From assembly GCA_963827755.1 (NCBI GenBank), contig CAWHCQ010000017.1, positions 1 to 64,000 of the forward strand: DNA of 64,000 bases, in the 5' to 3' direction. The translations under genes were made by a program, and so were the position numbers. Every line of letters begins with the position of its first letter. Within the stretch, counting starts at the first letter, position 1. Below the pieces are notes generated by a model. The model did not search any database and was not told where the DNA came from. It was given only the letters and a program-made list of their open reading frames with translations. This stretch comes from an uncultured Gammaproteobacteria bacterium (lineage in GTDB: Bacteria > Pseudomonadota > Gammaproteobacteria > UBA9214). This document shows, piece by piece, positions 44,753 through 53,256 of the stretch.

Positions 44753-45301
44753 ATGAACAAAATACTTTTAGTCTTTTTGCTTGTAATGGCGCCTCTTTGC
44801 CATGCCAATGATTTATTATGGTTTAGCTCTGATAAAAGCAAATGGCCCGATTCCGAGTCCAGGAAAAGCAGCGATGGTTTTGCGGGGATGCTCCTGGTTA
44901 CGCCTGATTCAGACTGGGAGGAAAAGTGGGCTGCATCATCTGAAGGCGTTCCGCAGTTTATGGCGGCCAACACCGTACGCTACGGGGAGGAGCTTTCTGT
45001 ATTGATATTCTTCATGAATCCAAAGCCGGATGACCGCAATAATGTAGACATACAATGTAGTTTCGTGGTGACTCGCCCGAACAAGACGATTGCCGTATAT
45101 GAGCAGGGAGTCGCCTGTATGAAAGGGGGATTGCAGGGTAACGAAAACAGAGTCGGATTATCGCCGGTTGTTCTGAAATTCGTGGGTGAAAAAAATGATC
45201 CTGCAGGCATATGGACGATTAGTGTGGATCTCAGAGATGTGAACCGGAATACAACACTGCAACTCAAAACCCGTTTCAGTCTGGTCAAAAACGATAACTG
45301 A
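44753..45301 (+). CDS. Exported hypothetical protein
   Basis: AGGAGG RBS, signal peptide MNKILLVFLLVMAPLCHA, Ig-like C-half. Confidence 0.7.
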   Translation: MNKILLVFLLVMAPLCHANDLLWFSSDKSKWPDSESRKSSDGFAGMLLVTPDSDWEEKWAASSEGVPQFMAANTVRYGEELSVLIFFMNPKPDDRNNVDIQCSFVVTRPNKTIAVYEQGVACMKGGLQGNENRVGLSPVVLKFVGEKNDPAGIWTISVDLRDVNRNTTLQLKTRFSLVKNDN

Positions 45302-45396
45302 CATCAAGATAAGACGCATCCACCGGATGGTCAGGATGCGCTTGTTGTGCCCACGAAGATGCTACCGTTTCATGCTGCCTGATTCAGGTGTTAGAT
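45292..45396 (+). other. Degenerate attC-like site
   Basis: GATAAC overlapping the gene end, internal hairpin GCATCC/GGATGC, right end GCCTGATTCAGGTGTTAGAT (GTTRRRY). Confidence 0.4.
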
Positions 45397-45433
45397 ATCA
45401 AAAATATGCTGGTAATTACCATGGAGTGATCTT

Positions 45434-46465
45434 GTGAAGATATCCAGGAACCAGCTGGGCAAGGCGGCTGAAGAAGGGCTGCTTTCAGCCGAGCAGGCCG
45501 ATGCCCTGTTTGACTTTCTTCAAAGCCAGCCTGACCCGGCTCCCGTTTTTAATTTCACCAACATTCTCTATTACTTCGGCGGCCTGGTCGCAATAGGCGC
45601 GATGACGTTGTTTATGAACCTGGGCTGGGAGGAGTTTGGCGGGTGGGGAATTTTATCGATCTCGATTGCCTACGCGTGTATCGGGCTTTTTCTGACTGGT
45701 AAATTTCAGCGCGCGGGGCATGCCATTCCGGCTGGAATATGTGCAACCTTCGTCGTCGCTATTACACCGCTGGCCATCTACGGGTTCCAGCAGGGCATGG
45801 GATGGTGGCCTGATGCAACCACCTACCATGAGTACCATGAATATATAAAATGGCACTGGATTTACCTGGAGTTCGGCACATTGATAACAGGTGCTGTTAT
45901 GGCGTGGGTTTACCGCTATCCTTTTCTTGTCATGCCGGTTGCGGTAACCCTGTGGTACATGTCCATGGATATGGCAGCAATGTTGACCGGTGGCGAGGCC
46001 GATTACGAATTTCGTGCGTTTGTCTCCATGTGGTTTGGGTTGTTGACCCTGTGTATTGCCTTCTGGGTGGATATCCGCTCCAGAAAATCGGCAGACTATG
46101 CCTTCTGGTTATATATATTCGGTGTAATTGCCTTCTGGTGCGGTCTGTCGCTGCAGCACTCGGACAGCGAACTCTCCAAACTGATTTACTTCTGTATAAA
46201 CATGGGCCTCATAGGGATCGGTGCCGTGCTTGTCAGGCGGGTATTTGTCGTTTTCGGGGTACTGGGATGTGCGGTATATTTTGAACACCTGGCTTCAACT
46301 ATATTTGAGGATAGCTGGCTGTTCCCGATTGCGTTAACGGTGATCGGCCTGGCAATTATGTACCTCGGTATTATCTGGCAAAGACATGAGGCGGCAATAA
46401 CCCGTAATATCAGGAGAGTATTGCCCGTAGAGTTGCAGGAACTGCTTTCCGAAAGAACGGGATAG
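45434..46465 (+). CDS. DUF2157-like integral membrane protein
   Basis: N-terminal EGLLSAEQADAL, ILYYFGGLVAIGAMTLF, about 10 TM. Confidence 0.78.
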   Translation: MKISRNQLGKAAEEGLLSAEQADALFDFLQSQPDPAPVFNFTNILYYFGGLVAIGAMTLFMNLGWEEFGGWGILSISIAYACIGLFLTGKFQRAGHAIPAGICATFVVAITPLAIYGFQQGMGWWPDATTYHEYHEYIKWHWIYLEFGTLITGAVMAWVYRYPFLVMPVAVTLWYMSMDMAAMLTGGEADYEFRAFVSMWFGLLTLCIAFWVDIRSRKSADYAFWLYIFGVIAFWCGLSLQHSDSELSKLIYFCINMGLIGIGAVLVRRVFVVFGVLGCAVYFEHLASTIFEDSWLFPIALTVIGLAIMYLGIIWQRHEAAITRNIRRVLPVELQELLSERTG

Positions 46466-46556
46466 CGGGCAGGCATTCGGCAACCCGTTCTGCTCTACAT
46501 GGGTGGCCGACACCGGGTGCGATGTTTTTCAAATAATTAATTAAAGGGCGAATACT

Positions 46557-47063
46557 ATGGGAAAAAATATGCTGGCGATGATCATTGCTGTTGGCAGCCT
46601 TTTTGCCTTCCCGGTGCAGAGTCCCGCGACAGAGCCGCATGACCCGTCTCAACGTATCGGTTTATCGCCGGATTTGCTGGCTCTTCTTGGTGAGGAGATG
46701 CGTGAAATTGCCGCAGGTGTGCAGGGCATAGCCTTGTCCCTGGCGACTGCGGACTGGAAGTCGATGGAGGAAACCAGTGCGAAGATTCAGGCCAGCTACA
46801 TTATGCAGAAGAAGCTTACCCCGGCCCAGGCCAGGGAACTGGAGCATGCGCTGCCCGCGGATTTCAAACGGATAGATGCGGAGTTTCACCAGCGGGCAGG
46901 AAGACTGGGCCTGGCCGCAGCAGCCCATGATCCCGAGCTGGCCGCCTTCCACTATTCACGCCTGGTGGAAAGCTGTGCGCTTTGTCATGCTGCCTATGCA
47001 AGGCAGCGGTTTCCGGGTTTCTCACCCATTGGACCGCAGGGCCACCACCACGCGAAACATTGA
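46557..47063 (+). CDS. Periplasmic class II (c'-like) cytochrome c
   Basis: Signal peptide, helical, C-terminal CALCH heme motif. Confidence 0.8.
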   Translation: MGKNMLAMIIAVGSLFAFPVQSPATEPHDPSQRIGLSPDLLALLGEEMREIAAGVQGIALSLATADWKSMEETSAKIQASYIMQKKLTPAQARELEHALPADFKRIDAEFHQRAGRLGLAAAAHDPELAAFHYSRLVESCALCHAAYARQRFPGFSPIGPQGHHHAKH

Positions 47064-47117
47064 CTTCCGCTGCAGGCGGCAGCCCGAATGGGCCGCCATC
47101 CTGACACCCGTTGAGGC
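47058..47117 (+). other. Degenerate short attC-like site
   Basis: CATTGAC...CGCTGCAGGCGGC-loop-GCCGCCATCCTGA...CGTTGAGG; about 60 bp, imperfect palindrome starting at the stop codon. Confidence 0.35.
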
Positions 47118-47132
47118 TTTAAGGAGGAGACT

Positions 47133-47660
47133 ATGAAAAAATATATGCTTGCCGTGATTTTGAGTGGCATCGTATTGTTCCTCTGGGGCTTCTTCTCCTG
47201 GGCCGTATTGCCCTGGCACAACACGGTTGCCAACGAATTTACAAGTGAACAGACCGTTGCCCGGGTGTTAAGGGAAAACGCACCAGGGGCCGGGGTTTAT
47301 TACCTGCCTTTTGCAGAAGAGGACCGCGGGGCTGGAGAGACCGGCGCATTTGTCAATGTATTGCCCGACGGGTTTGATATGAATATGGGGAAACTGATGG
47401 GGCAGGCCTTGCTGGGGCAAATGATGGCTGCGTTCCTGGTGCTTTTGCTGCTGCGCAATACATCGGGCCTCGCGTACATGCAGCGGGTGGGTTTTGTTGC
47501 CCTGGTGGGCCTGACGATCGGCTTTGTGGGTCATTTCCCCTACTGGAACTGGTTCGGATTTTCAGCAGCGTATGTAATTGTCATAATACTCGACTCGTTA
47601 ATTGCCTGGACCCTGGCAGGGCTTGTAATGGCAAGGCTTGTCGATGGTCAAAGGGCGTAA
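47133..47660 (+). CDS. Hypothetical 4-TM membrane protein
   Basis: AGGAG RBS; IVLFLWGFFSWAVLPWH, PYWNWFGFS. Confidence 0.75.
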   Translation: MKKYMLAVILSGIVLFLWGFFSWAVLPWHNTVANEFTSEQTVARVLRENAPGAGVYYLPFAEEDRGAGETGAFVNVLPDGFDMNMGKLMGQALLGQMMAAFLVLLLLRNTSGLAYMQRVGFVALVGLTIGFVGHFPYWNWFGFSAAYVIVIILDSLIAWTLAGLVMARLVDGQRA

Positions 47661-47792
47661 CAATTAATACACGCCGGATGCGTGGCATGGGCGCCCGGGT
47701 TTTCTGCACCCCGGATATCCGGGTATTCAGCATGTCATCATTCAGGCAGCGTATTTATTCCATGCCAGGCAAAACAGGAGGGAAGTAGGGAA

Positions 47793-48071
47793 ATGGAAAA
47801 AAAAGACAATATGCCGATATGGGTTTTTCTCGCTTTTTCCAGTATCGAGACCAGGAAGGCGGCCTTGCTGCTGATTTCGGTCTGCGTGGTTTTTTCACTC
47901 TATTGTATTCCCTGGTCATTATTATTCACGGACAACATCTGGGTTGCGAAAATATTCCTGATCGATGACTGGAGCTGGCTTGCGATGATGATCCCGATTG
48001 TAGTCTGGTACTGGTTGAGTCTACGCTGGGTCGATAATCATTCCGGCTGGGAAGACGCCGGGCAGGATTAA
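47793..48071 (+). CDS. Small hypothetical membrane protein
   Basis: ATG 47793; two hydrophobic segments; [12 protein letters not shown]. Confidence 0.6.
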   Translation: MEKKDNMPIWVFLAFSSIETRKAALLLISVCVVFSLYCIPWSLLFTDNIWVAKIFLIDDWSWLAMMIPIVVWYWLSLRWVDNHSGWEDAGQD

Positions 48072-48148
48072 GACGGCTTGCCAGCAAGGTATACTTGCAT
48101 GTCCGCTTCCACCTGTCTGCTCCCTGCATACCCTGGCAGGCATATGCA

Positions 48149-48604
48149 GTGAATATCTGGGTCGATGCCGATGCCTGCCCTGCGGTAATCAAGGATATCC
48201 TGTTCAGAGCTGCCGAGCGTACCGGGACCCGGTTGACGCTTGTAGCCAACCAGCCCGTGCGAATACCGCGTTCACGCTGCATTAAATTTGTTCAGGTCTC
48301 GCCTGGTTTTGATGTTGCCGACAACGAGATCGTCAGGAGGCTTGCAGCAGGTGACCTTGTTATTACCGGGGATATTCCCCTGGCATCAGAGGTGATTGAG
48401 AAAGGCGCCCATGCGCTCAATCCCCGCGGTGAATTATATTCAGCTGACAATATAAAGGCGCGCCTGAATATGAGAGATTTTATGGACACATTGAGAGCCA
48501 GCGGAATCAACACGGGTGGCCCGCCGACGCTGAGCCAGAGTGATCGCCAGGCCTTTGCAAACAACCTGGACAGGTTATTGACCAGGTATGCAAATAGTTC
48601 ATAA
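48149..48604 (+). CDS. yaiI: YaiI/YqxD family protein (UPF0178)
   Basis: [46 protein letters not shown]. Confidence 0.92.
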   Translation: MNIWVDADACPAVIKDILFRAAERTGTRLTLVANQPVRIPRSRCIKFVQVSPGFDVADNEIVRRLAAGDLVITGDIPLASEVIEKGAHALNPRGELYSADNIKARLNMRDFMDTLRASGINTGGPPTLSQSDRQAFANNLDRLLTRYANSS

Positions 48605-48711
48605 CAAGCCGTCAAGAGGCACGCACCCTGGAATATGACGAAATAATAATAACGGAGGCCTACCCGAAAAAAGCGCGGCAACTCCGCTACCTGATCGGAC
48701 TGGCAGCGATC

Positions 48712-49134
48712 ATGCTGGCCGTGGGACTGGTTGCGCCGATAGCGACATTGAACAAGTTTATTCTTGTTCAGAATACATTTTCAGTGCTATCAGGGGTGCT
48801 GGCGCTGTTCAGTGAAGGCCAGTTCTTCCTGTTCCTGCTGATAAGCTGTTTCAGTGTGCTGTTGCCGGTCCTGAAGCTCGGCGTTCTTTACCGGCTGGTC
48901 AGTCAGAATTCCACGATGCGGGAGCAGACGAAGCGCCTGTTGCACTGGATGCACCTGTACGGGAAGTGGTCGATGCTCGATGTGTTTGTGGTGGCGGTGC
49001 TGGTGGTCCTGGTGAAGCTGGGAGCGATCGCCAATGTAGAAATGCGTTACGGCCTGTATGCCTTTGCGGCATCCGTGCTGCTGACCATGTTTGTTACGGC
49101 ACGCATCGTGAGCCTGACGAGTGAACCGCACTGA
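48712..49134 (+). CDS. Paraquat-inducible protein A domain protein (single PqiA repeat; N-terminus may extend to ~48635 through a frameshift)
   Basis: FSVLLPVLKL, GKWSMLDVFVVAVLV, GLYAFAASVLL. Confidence 0.82.
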   Translation: MLAVGLVAPIATLNKFILVQNTFSVLSGVLALFSEGQFFLFLLISCFSVLLPVLKLGVLYRLVSQNSTMREQTKRLLHWMHLYGKWSMLDVFVVAVLVVLVKLGAIANVEMRYGLYAFAASVLLTMFVTARIVSLTSEPH

Positions 49135-49474
49135 CAATGCTGCTGTAAATGCCACCCGCCAGGCTTCATTCTGCGCTGTAACAGGGCATAATTCCGACCT
49201 GAAAGGTGCAGGCCTGTGTGTCACGCACGTCCTTGTCAGGGCGCTTTTGAGTAGCCTGCCGAGTGAGCTGTAGCGGTGGATTATATTCCTGCGGCACGTG
49301 AAAAGGTGGCGCAGATATCGGCTAAAGAGTGCTACAATCGCTTGCGTTCAGGGTGGTTATTCCCCCTGTAAACCTGATGGTTACATGAGTGATGACCCGG
49401 CGCAGTCCGGGAAGTTCCTGTCCTTCAGGGGCCGGATTTATGAATATTTTGTCATGAGACTAATGGAGAACATT

Positions 49475-50050
49475 ATGAAAGCTGTCGCAAAGGGTATTGT
49501 TTCGATTCTGCTGTTACCCCTGGCAATGGGTGCGCAAGCGGTGCTGGCCGAAGAGGGCAGCAGCAATAAAAACCCTGACCCGGTTGTGCAGGAGCAGGGC
49601 GCCATGGTCGAGGCTGCCGCAGCCATGGAGAACGAACAGGATACAGTGCAATACTCCGAGATGACAAAGGAAGAACAAAAACAATACAAGGCCGACATGA
49701 AGGCAGAAAAGAAGGCCGCACGCGAGCAGCTCAAGGCGGAAAAGAAGGCCGAACGCGAGCAGCTCAAGGCGGAAAAGAAGGCCGAACGCGAGCAGCTCAA
49801 GGCGGAAAAGAAGGCCGAACGCGAGCAGCTCAAGGCGGAAAAGAAGGCCGAACGCGAGCAGCTCAAGGCGGAGAAGAAGGCCGAACGCGAGCAGCTCAAG
49901 GCGGAAAAGAAGGCCGCACGCGAGCAGCGCAAGGCCGAAAGAAAGGCCGAACGTGATCGCCGCCGGGAAGAGCGCGAGCAAAAGAGGGCGATGAGGGAGC
50001 AGGATCCGAAGTATCGGCGCCCGATAGATGAGAGGTTCGAAGACTTCTAG
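49475..50050 (+). CDS. Exported highly charged helical protein with 11-aa tandem repeats
   Basis: GGAGA RBS, signal peptide MKAVAKGIVSILLLPLAMGAQAVLA, 7 x KAEKKA(E/A)REQL. Confidence 0.75.
   Translation: MKAVAKGIVSILLLPLAMGAQAVLAEEGSSNKNPDPVVQEQGAMVEAAAAMENEQDTVQYSEMTKEEQKQYKADMKAEKKAAREQLKAEKKAEREQLKAEKKAEREQLKAEKKAEREQLKAEKKAEREQLKAEKKAEREQLKAEKKAAREQRKAERKAERDRRREEREQKRAMREQDPKYRRPIDERFEDF
49700..49953 (+). repeat. Coding 33-bp tandem repeat (7 full units plus a partial)
   Basis: Unit AAGGCGGAAAAGAAGGCCGAACGCGAGCAGCTC, nearly invariant. Confidence 0.95.
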
Positions 50051-50300
50051 GTGACATCCTGCAGGGATTGCTCACCTGCAGGAAAAATCCCGGTCGTGGA
50101 ACACGTGCCGGCCTGATCGGGGCACGTGAGTTCCGGGTGATCAACGACTGTATTTCACCTTCCCGGGTCGATGTCGTTTTTTTCATCATTTGTATTCATG
50201 CAAGCTGCCACAGGGGCCAGTGCCAGCTTGCCTCGTTCATTTGCGCTGTACCGACAGCAGTATTGAAGGTATTTCTTCAATCCAGATTCAGGGGGTTGTT

Positions 50301-50639
50301 ATGAAGGTTGCTTATATATTTTCCAGCCAGGGGCACACGGTGTCCTACAAGCTTGGCCAGATGATCCTCCCGCAGCTTGAAGCGGATGCGCATGGCGTTG
50401 ACGTGGTGGGCATGTTTTTCTTTGAAGACAACACCTATGTGCTGGTAAAGGACAACCCGCTGGGGGAGCGTCTGGCAAAGGTCGCCAGTGAAAAAGGCAT
50501 GTTGTTGATGGGCTGCGACAAGTGTTGCTACGAACGCGAGATCGATGGCAAGCTGGTCGACGGTGCCGTGATCGGTTGCTTTCCGAACCTGTACGAAGCC
50601 CTTTCAGGGAATATGCCAGACCAGGTGATCACCCTGTAG
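50301..50639 (+). CDS. DsrE-related protein (SaoD-like)
   Basis: MKVAYIF, MILPQLE, VVGMFFFEDN, LMGCDKCC, GCFPNLYEAL, PDQVITL. Confidence 0.7.
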   Translation: MKVAYIFSSQGHTVSYKLGQMILPQLEADAHGVDVVGMFFFEDNTYVLVKDNPLGERLAKVASEKGMLLMGCDKCCYEREIDGKLVDGAVIGCFPNLYEALSGNMPDQVITL

Positions 50640-50655
50640 GCTGTTTCCGGCAGAT

Positions 50656-51243
50656 TTATTCCGCGATCCTGATAAGTGTACTGTCAACGCCCTGTTTATT
50701 GAGCAACAGGCGTGTCTTGTTGAGCATATCAAGCTGTTGATAGGGGCCGACGCGCACGCGGTGATAGGTGTCGGTGTTATTGATGGTGACTGTCTGGATG
50801 CTTGTCTCAAGACCCAGCAGTATCAGTTCGGCCTTGAAGCGGTCGGCCTGTTCCCGGCTGCGGAATGAACCCACCTGCAGATAGTAGGTGCCGGGTTGTT
50901 CAACCTGCTTGATGCCCGCCTCGGTCTTGCCCTGGATTTCCTGCTCCGGGATCACGACTTCCATCTCCGGTAACAGGGTATAAAAGTCAAAACGCGGTTT
51001 TGGCGGTGGCGGGATGACCGCCTGTTTTTCCTTGCGTGGCTCGAGTGCAGTCTGACGTGTTACCTCCGGTGCAGGGGTCTGCATGCCTGCCGCAACCGGG
51101 TGCTGACCGGCCGGCTGCATTTTTATATAGACCAGGAAGGCCACAAACAGTCCAGTACTCAGCCCGGCAAGGAGGGTTAACCAGGGCGAGACGGGCTTGC
51201 GCTTTTTCCTTCTCTGCGCCCGGTGTTTGTAGTCTCTTGGCAT
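50656..51243 (-). CDS. SPOR domain cell division protein (FtsN-like)
   Basis: MPRDY, one TM, PRFDFYTLLPE, YYLQVGSF, HRVRVGPY; downstream of argS. Confidence 0.9.
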   Translation of the reverse strand: MPRDYKHRAQRRKKRKPVSPWLTLLAGLSTGLFVAFLVYIKMQPAGQHPVAAGMQTPAPEVTRQTALEPRKEKQAVIPPPPKPRFDFYTLLPEMEVVIPEQEIQGKTEAGIKQVEQPGTYYLQVGSFRSREQADRFKAELILLGLETSIQTVTINNTDTYHRVRVGPYQQLDMLNKTRLLLNKQGVDSTLIRIAE

Positions 51244-53003
51244 TACATCGCATCCGGGGCCGACACACCCAGCAGCCCGAGGCCGTTGGCTATCACCTGG
51301 CGTGTTGCCTCGATCAGGTTAAGCCGCGCATTGCGCAGCGCGCTGTCTTCAACCAGGAAGGTGTGTGCGTTGTAGTAGGTATGGAAATCGTTGGCCAGCT
51401 CACGCAGGTAGTGGGTCAGCTGGTGCGGTTCGTGATTAACGGCGGCAGATTCCAGTACTTCCGGGTAGCGTGACAGCCTGATCATGAGTTCCTGCTCATG
51501 TTCCTCGGACAGTAAAGAAAGCCCGGCATTGCCGGCCGCCCGGTCCCGGTCGAGCTGCTTTTCCTGCAATTGCCGCATGACGCTCATGACGCGCGCGTGC
51601 GCATACTGGATGTAATAAACCGGGTTTTCGTTGGACCGGGACTTGGCGAGATCCAGGTCGAAGTCCATATGCTGTTCGCATTTGCGCATCACGTAGAAAA
51701 ATCGTGCTGCATCATTACCGACCTCGTTGCGAAGTTCACGCAGGGTGACAAATTCGCCGGAACGCGTCGACATCTGAGCCTTCTCACCATTGCGATAGAG
51801 CACGGCGAACTGTACCAGCAGTACATCGAGCCGCCCCGGATCATCCCCGAGTGCCTGCAACGCCGCCTTTACGCGCGGGATATAGCCATGGTGGTCCGCA
51901 CCCCAGACATCGATGACACGGTCGTAACCGCGTTCCAGCTTGTTGGCATGGTAGGCAATATCAGAGGCGAAGTAGGTGCTCTGGCCATTGTCGCGTACCA
52001 GCACGCGGTCTTTCTCATCACCGAAACCGGTGGAACGAAACCAGAGTGCGCCGCCTTTTTCATAGACGTGGCCACTCTGTTGCAGCCGTTCAATACTCTT
52101 TTTCACGGCCCCGGATTCCGTCAGAGAACGTTCCGGGAACCAGTCGTCGTAGACCACACCGAATTCCTTCAGGTCCTGGCGGATGTTGTGCAGGATGGCA
52201 TTGAGTCCCTCGTCAAAGACTTTCCTGTAGTCTTCTGCACCCAGCAGTGACCGGGCGCGCGCAATGACGGCGTCGATATGTGTTTCCTTGTCACCACCTG
52301 CCGGTTCGTCCGGCGGCACGCCGCTGAATACGTCATTGACCGGATGCCTGAAGCGCTCGCCGTGTTCACGGTGCAGCGTGGCGCCGATATCCCAGACATA
52401 GTCACCCTGGTAGCCATTGGCCGGGAACGGTATTTCTTCCCCGCAGAGTTCGAGGTAACGCAGGTAGACACTGGCGGCGAGGATATCCATCTGCCGGCCG
52501 GCATCGTTGACGTAGTACTCGCGGTGGACTTTATAGCCAACCGCCTCCAGCAGGTCGGCGACGGCGGCGCCATAGGCGGCCCCGCGTCCATGACCCACAT
52601 GCAGCGGCCCGGTGGGGTTGGCGGAGACAAACTCTACCTGGACGCGCTGGCCGTCACCGTAGTGGCTGAGGCCAAAGCGGTTGCCCTGCTCAAGGATATC
52701 GCCGATGACACTGTGCCAGGCATCCGCGCCCAGGTAAAAATTGATAAACCCCGGCCCCGCGATTTCCACTTTTTTAATGCGCTCGCCGGTTTCGATGAGG
52801 GCAACAATCTTCTCAGCCAGTTCACGTGGCTTGCTGCGTGCCGGCTTTGCCAGGGTCATGGCCAGGTTGCTGGCGAAATCACCGTGCGCACGGTCGCGGG
52901 TTCGCTCGACCGTGACGTTCGGCACGATCTCCGCCGGCAGGTCGCCGCTGGCCTGCAGCCTGGCAACGGCGTCGGCGAGTACTTGTGTGAGGTGCTGTTT
53001 CAA
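51243..53003 (-). CDS. argS: Arginine--tRNA ligase
   Basis: [54 protein letters not shown]. Confidence 0.98.
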   Translation of the reverse strand: MKQHLTQVLADAVARLQASGDLPAEIVPNVTVERTRDRAHGDFASNLAMTLAKPARSKPRELAEKIVALIETGERIKKVEIAGPGFINFYLGADAWHSVIGDILEQGNRFGLSHYGDGQRVQVEFVSANPTGPLHVGHGRGAAYGAAVADLLEAVGYKVHREYYVNDAGRQMDILAASVYLRYLELCGEEIPFPANGYQGDYVWDIGATLHREHGERFRHPVNDVFSGVPPDEPAGGDKETHIDAVIARARSLLGAEDYRKVFDEGLNAILHNIRQDLKEFGVVYDDWFPERSLTESGAVKKSIERLQQSGHVYEKGGALWFRSTGFGDEKDRVLVRDNGQSTYFASDIAYHANKLERGYDRVIDVWGADHHGYIPRVKAALQALGDDPGRLDVLLVQFAVLYRNGEKAQMSTRSGEFVTLRELRNEVGNDAARFFYVMRKCEQHMDFDLDLAKSRSNENPVYYIQYAHARVMSVMRQLQEKQLDRDRAAGNAGLSLLSEEHEQELMIRLSRYPEVLESAAVNHEPHQLTHYLRELANDFHTYYNAHTFLVEDSALRNARLNLIEATRQVIANGLGLLGVSAPDAM

Positions 53004-53139
53004 TTAGTTTGTCTGATCGGTTGCGGGAAGGTTATCTGTATGCATGTTTGTCTGCTTTCTGAGGGCTGCCTATTATCCCGCCCAACGCTCCAGTTGCAAC
53101 CGACAGTGCCGGATCCAGGAGGGTTCGATAAAATGCCTT

Positions 53140-53172
53140 TCCCGGATTGCGCTGCCCTCCACCCGGGCTACA
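53140..53172 (-). repeat. Third-class single GTAG REP
   Basis: Minus strand TGTAGCCCGGGTGGAGGGCAGCGCAATCCGGGA. Confidence 0.65.
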
Positions 53173-53176
53173 CAAT

Positions 53177-53218
53177 TCACTTCTCACTTCTCACTTCTCA
53201 CTTCTCACTTCTCACTTC
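53177..53218. repeat. Heptamer tandem repeat (TCACTTC)6
   Basis: Six perfect copies between priA and argS. Confidence 0.93.
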
Positions 53219-53256
53219 TGATACACTTCTGAACGGATCTCATCCGCGATAAACTC

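Noticed and set aside
49700-49953. 33-bp repeats as CRISPR or guide array
   Set aside because: No spacers; in-frame coding tandem repeat
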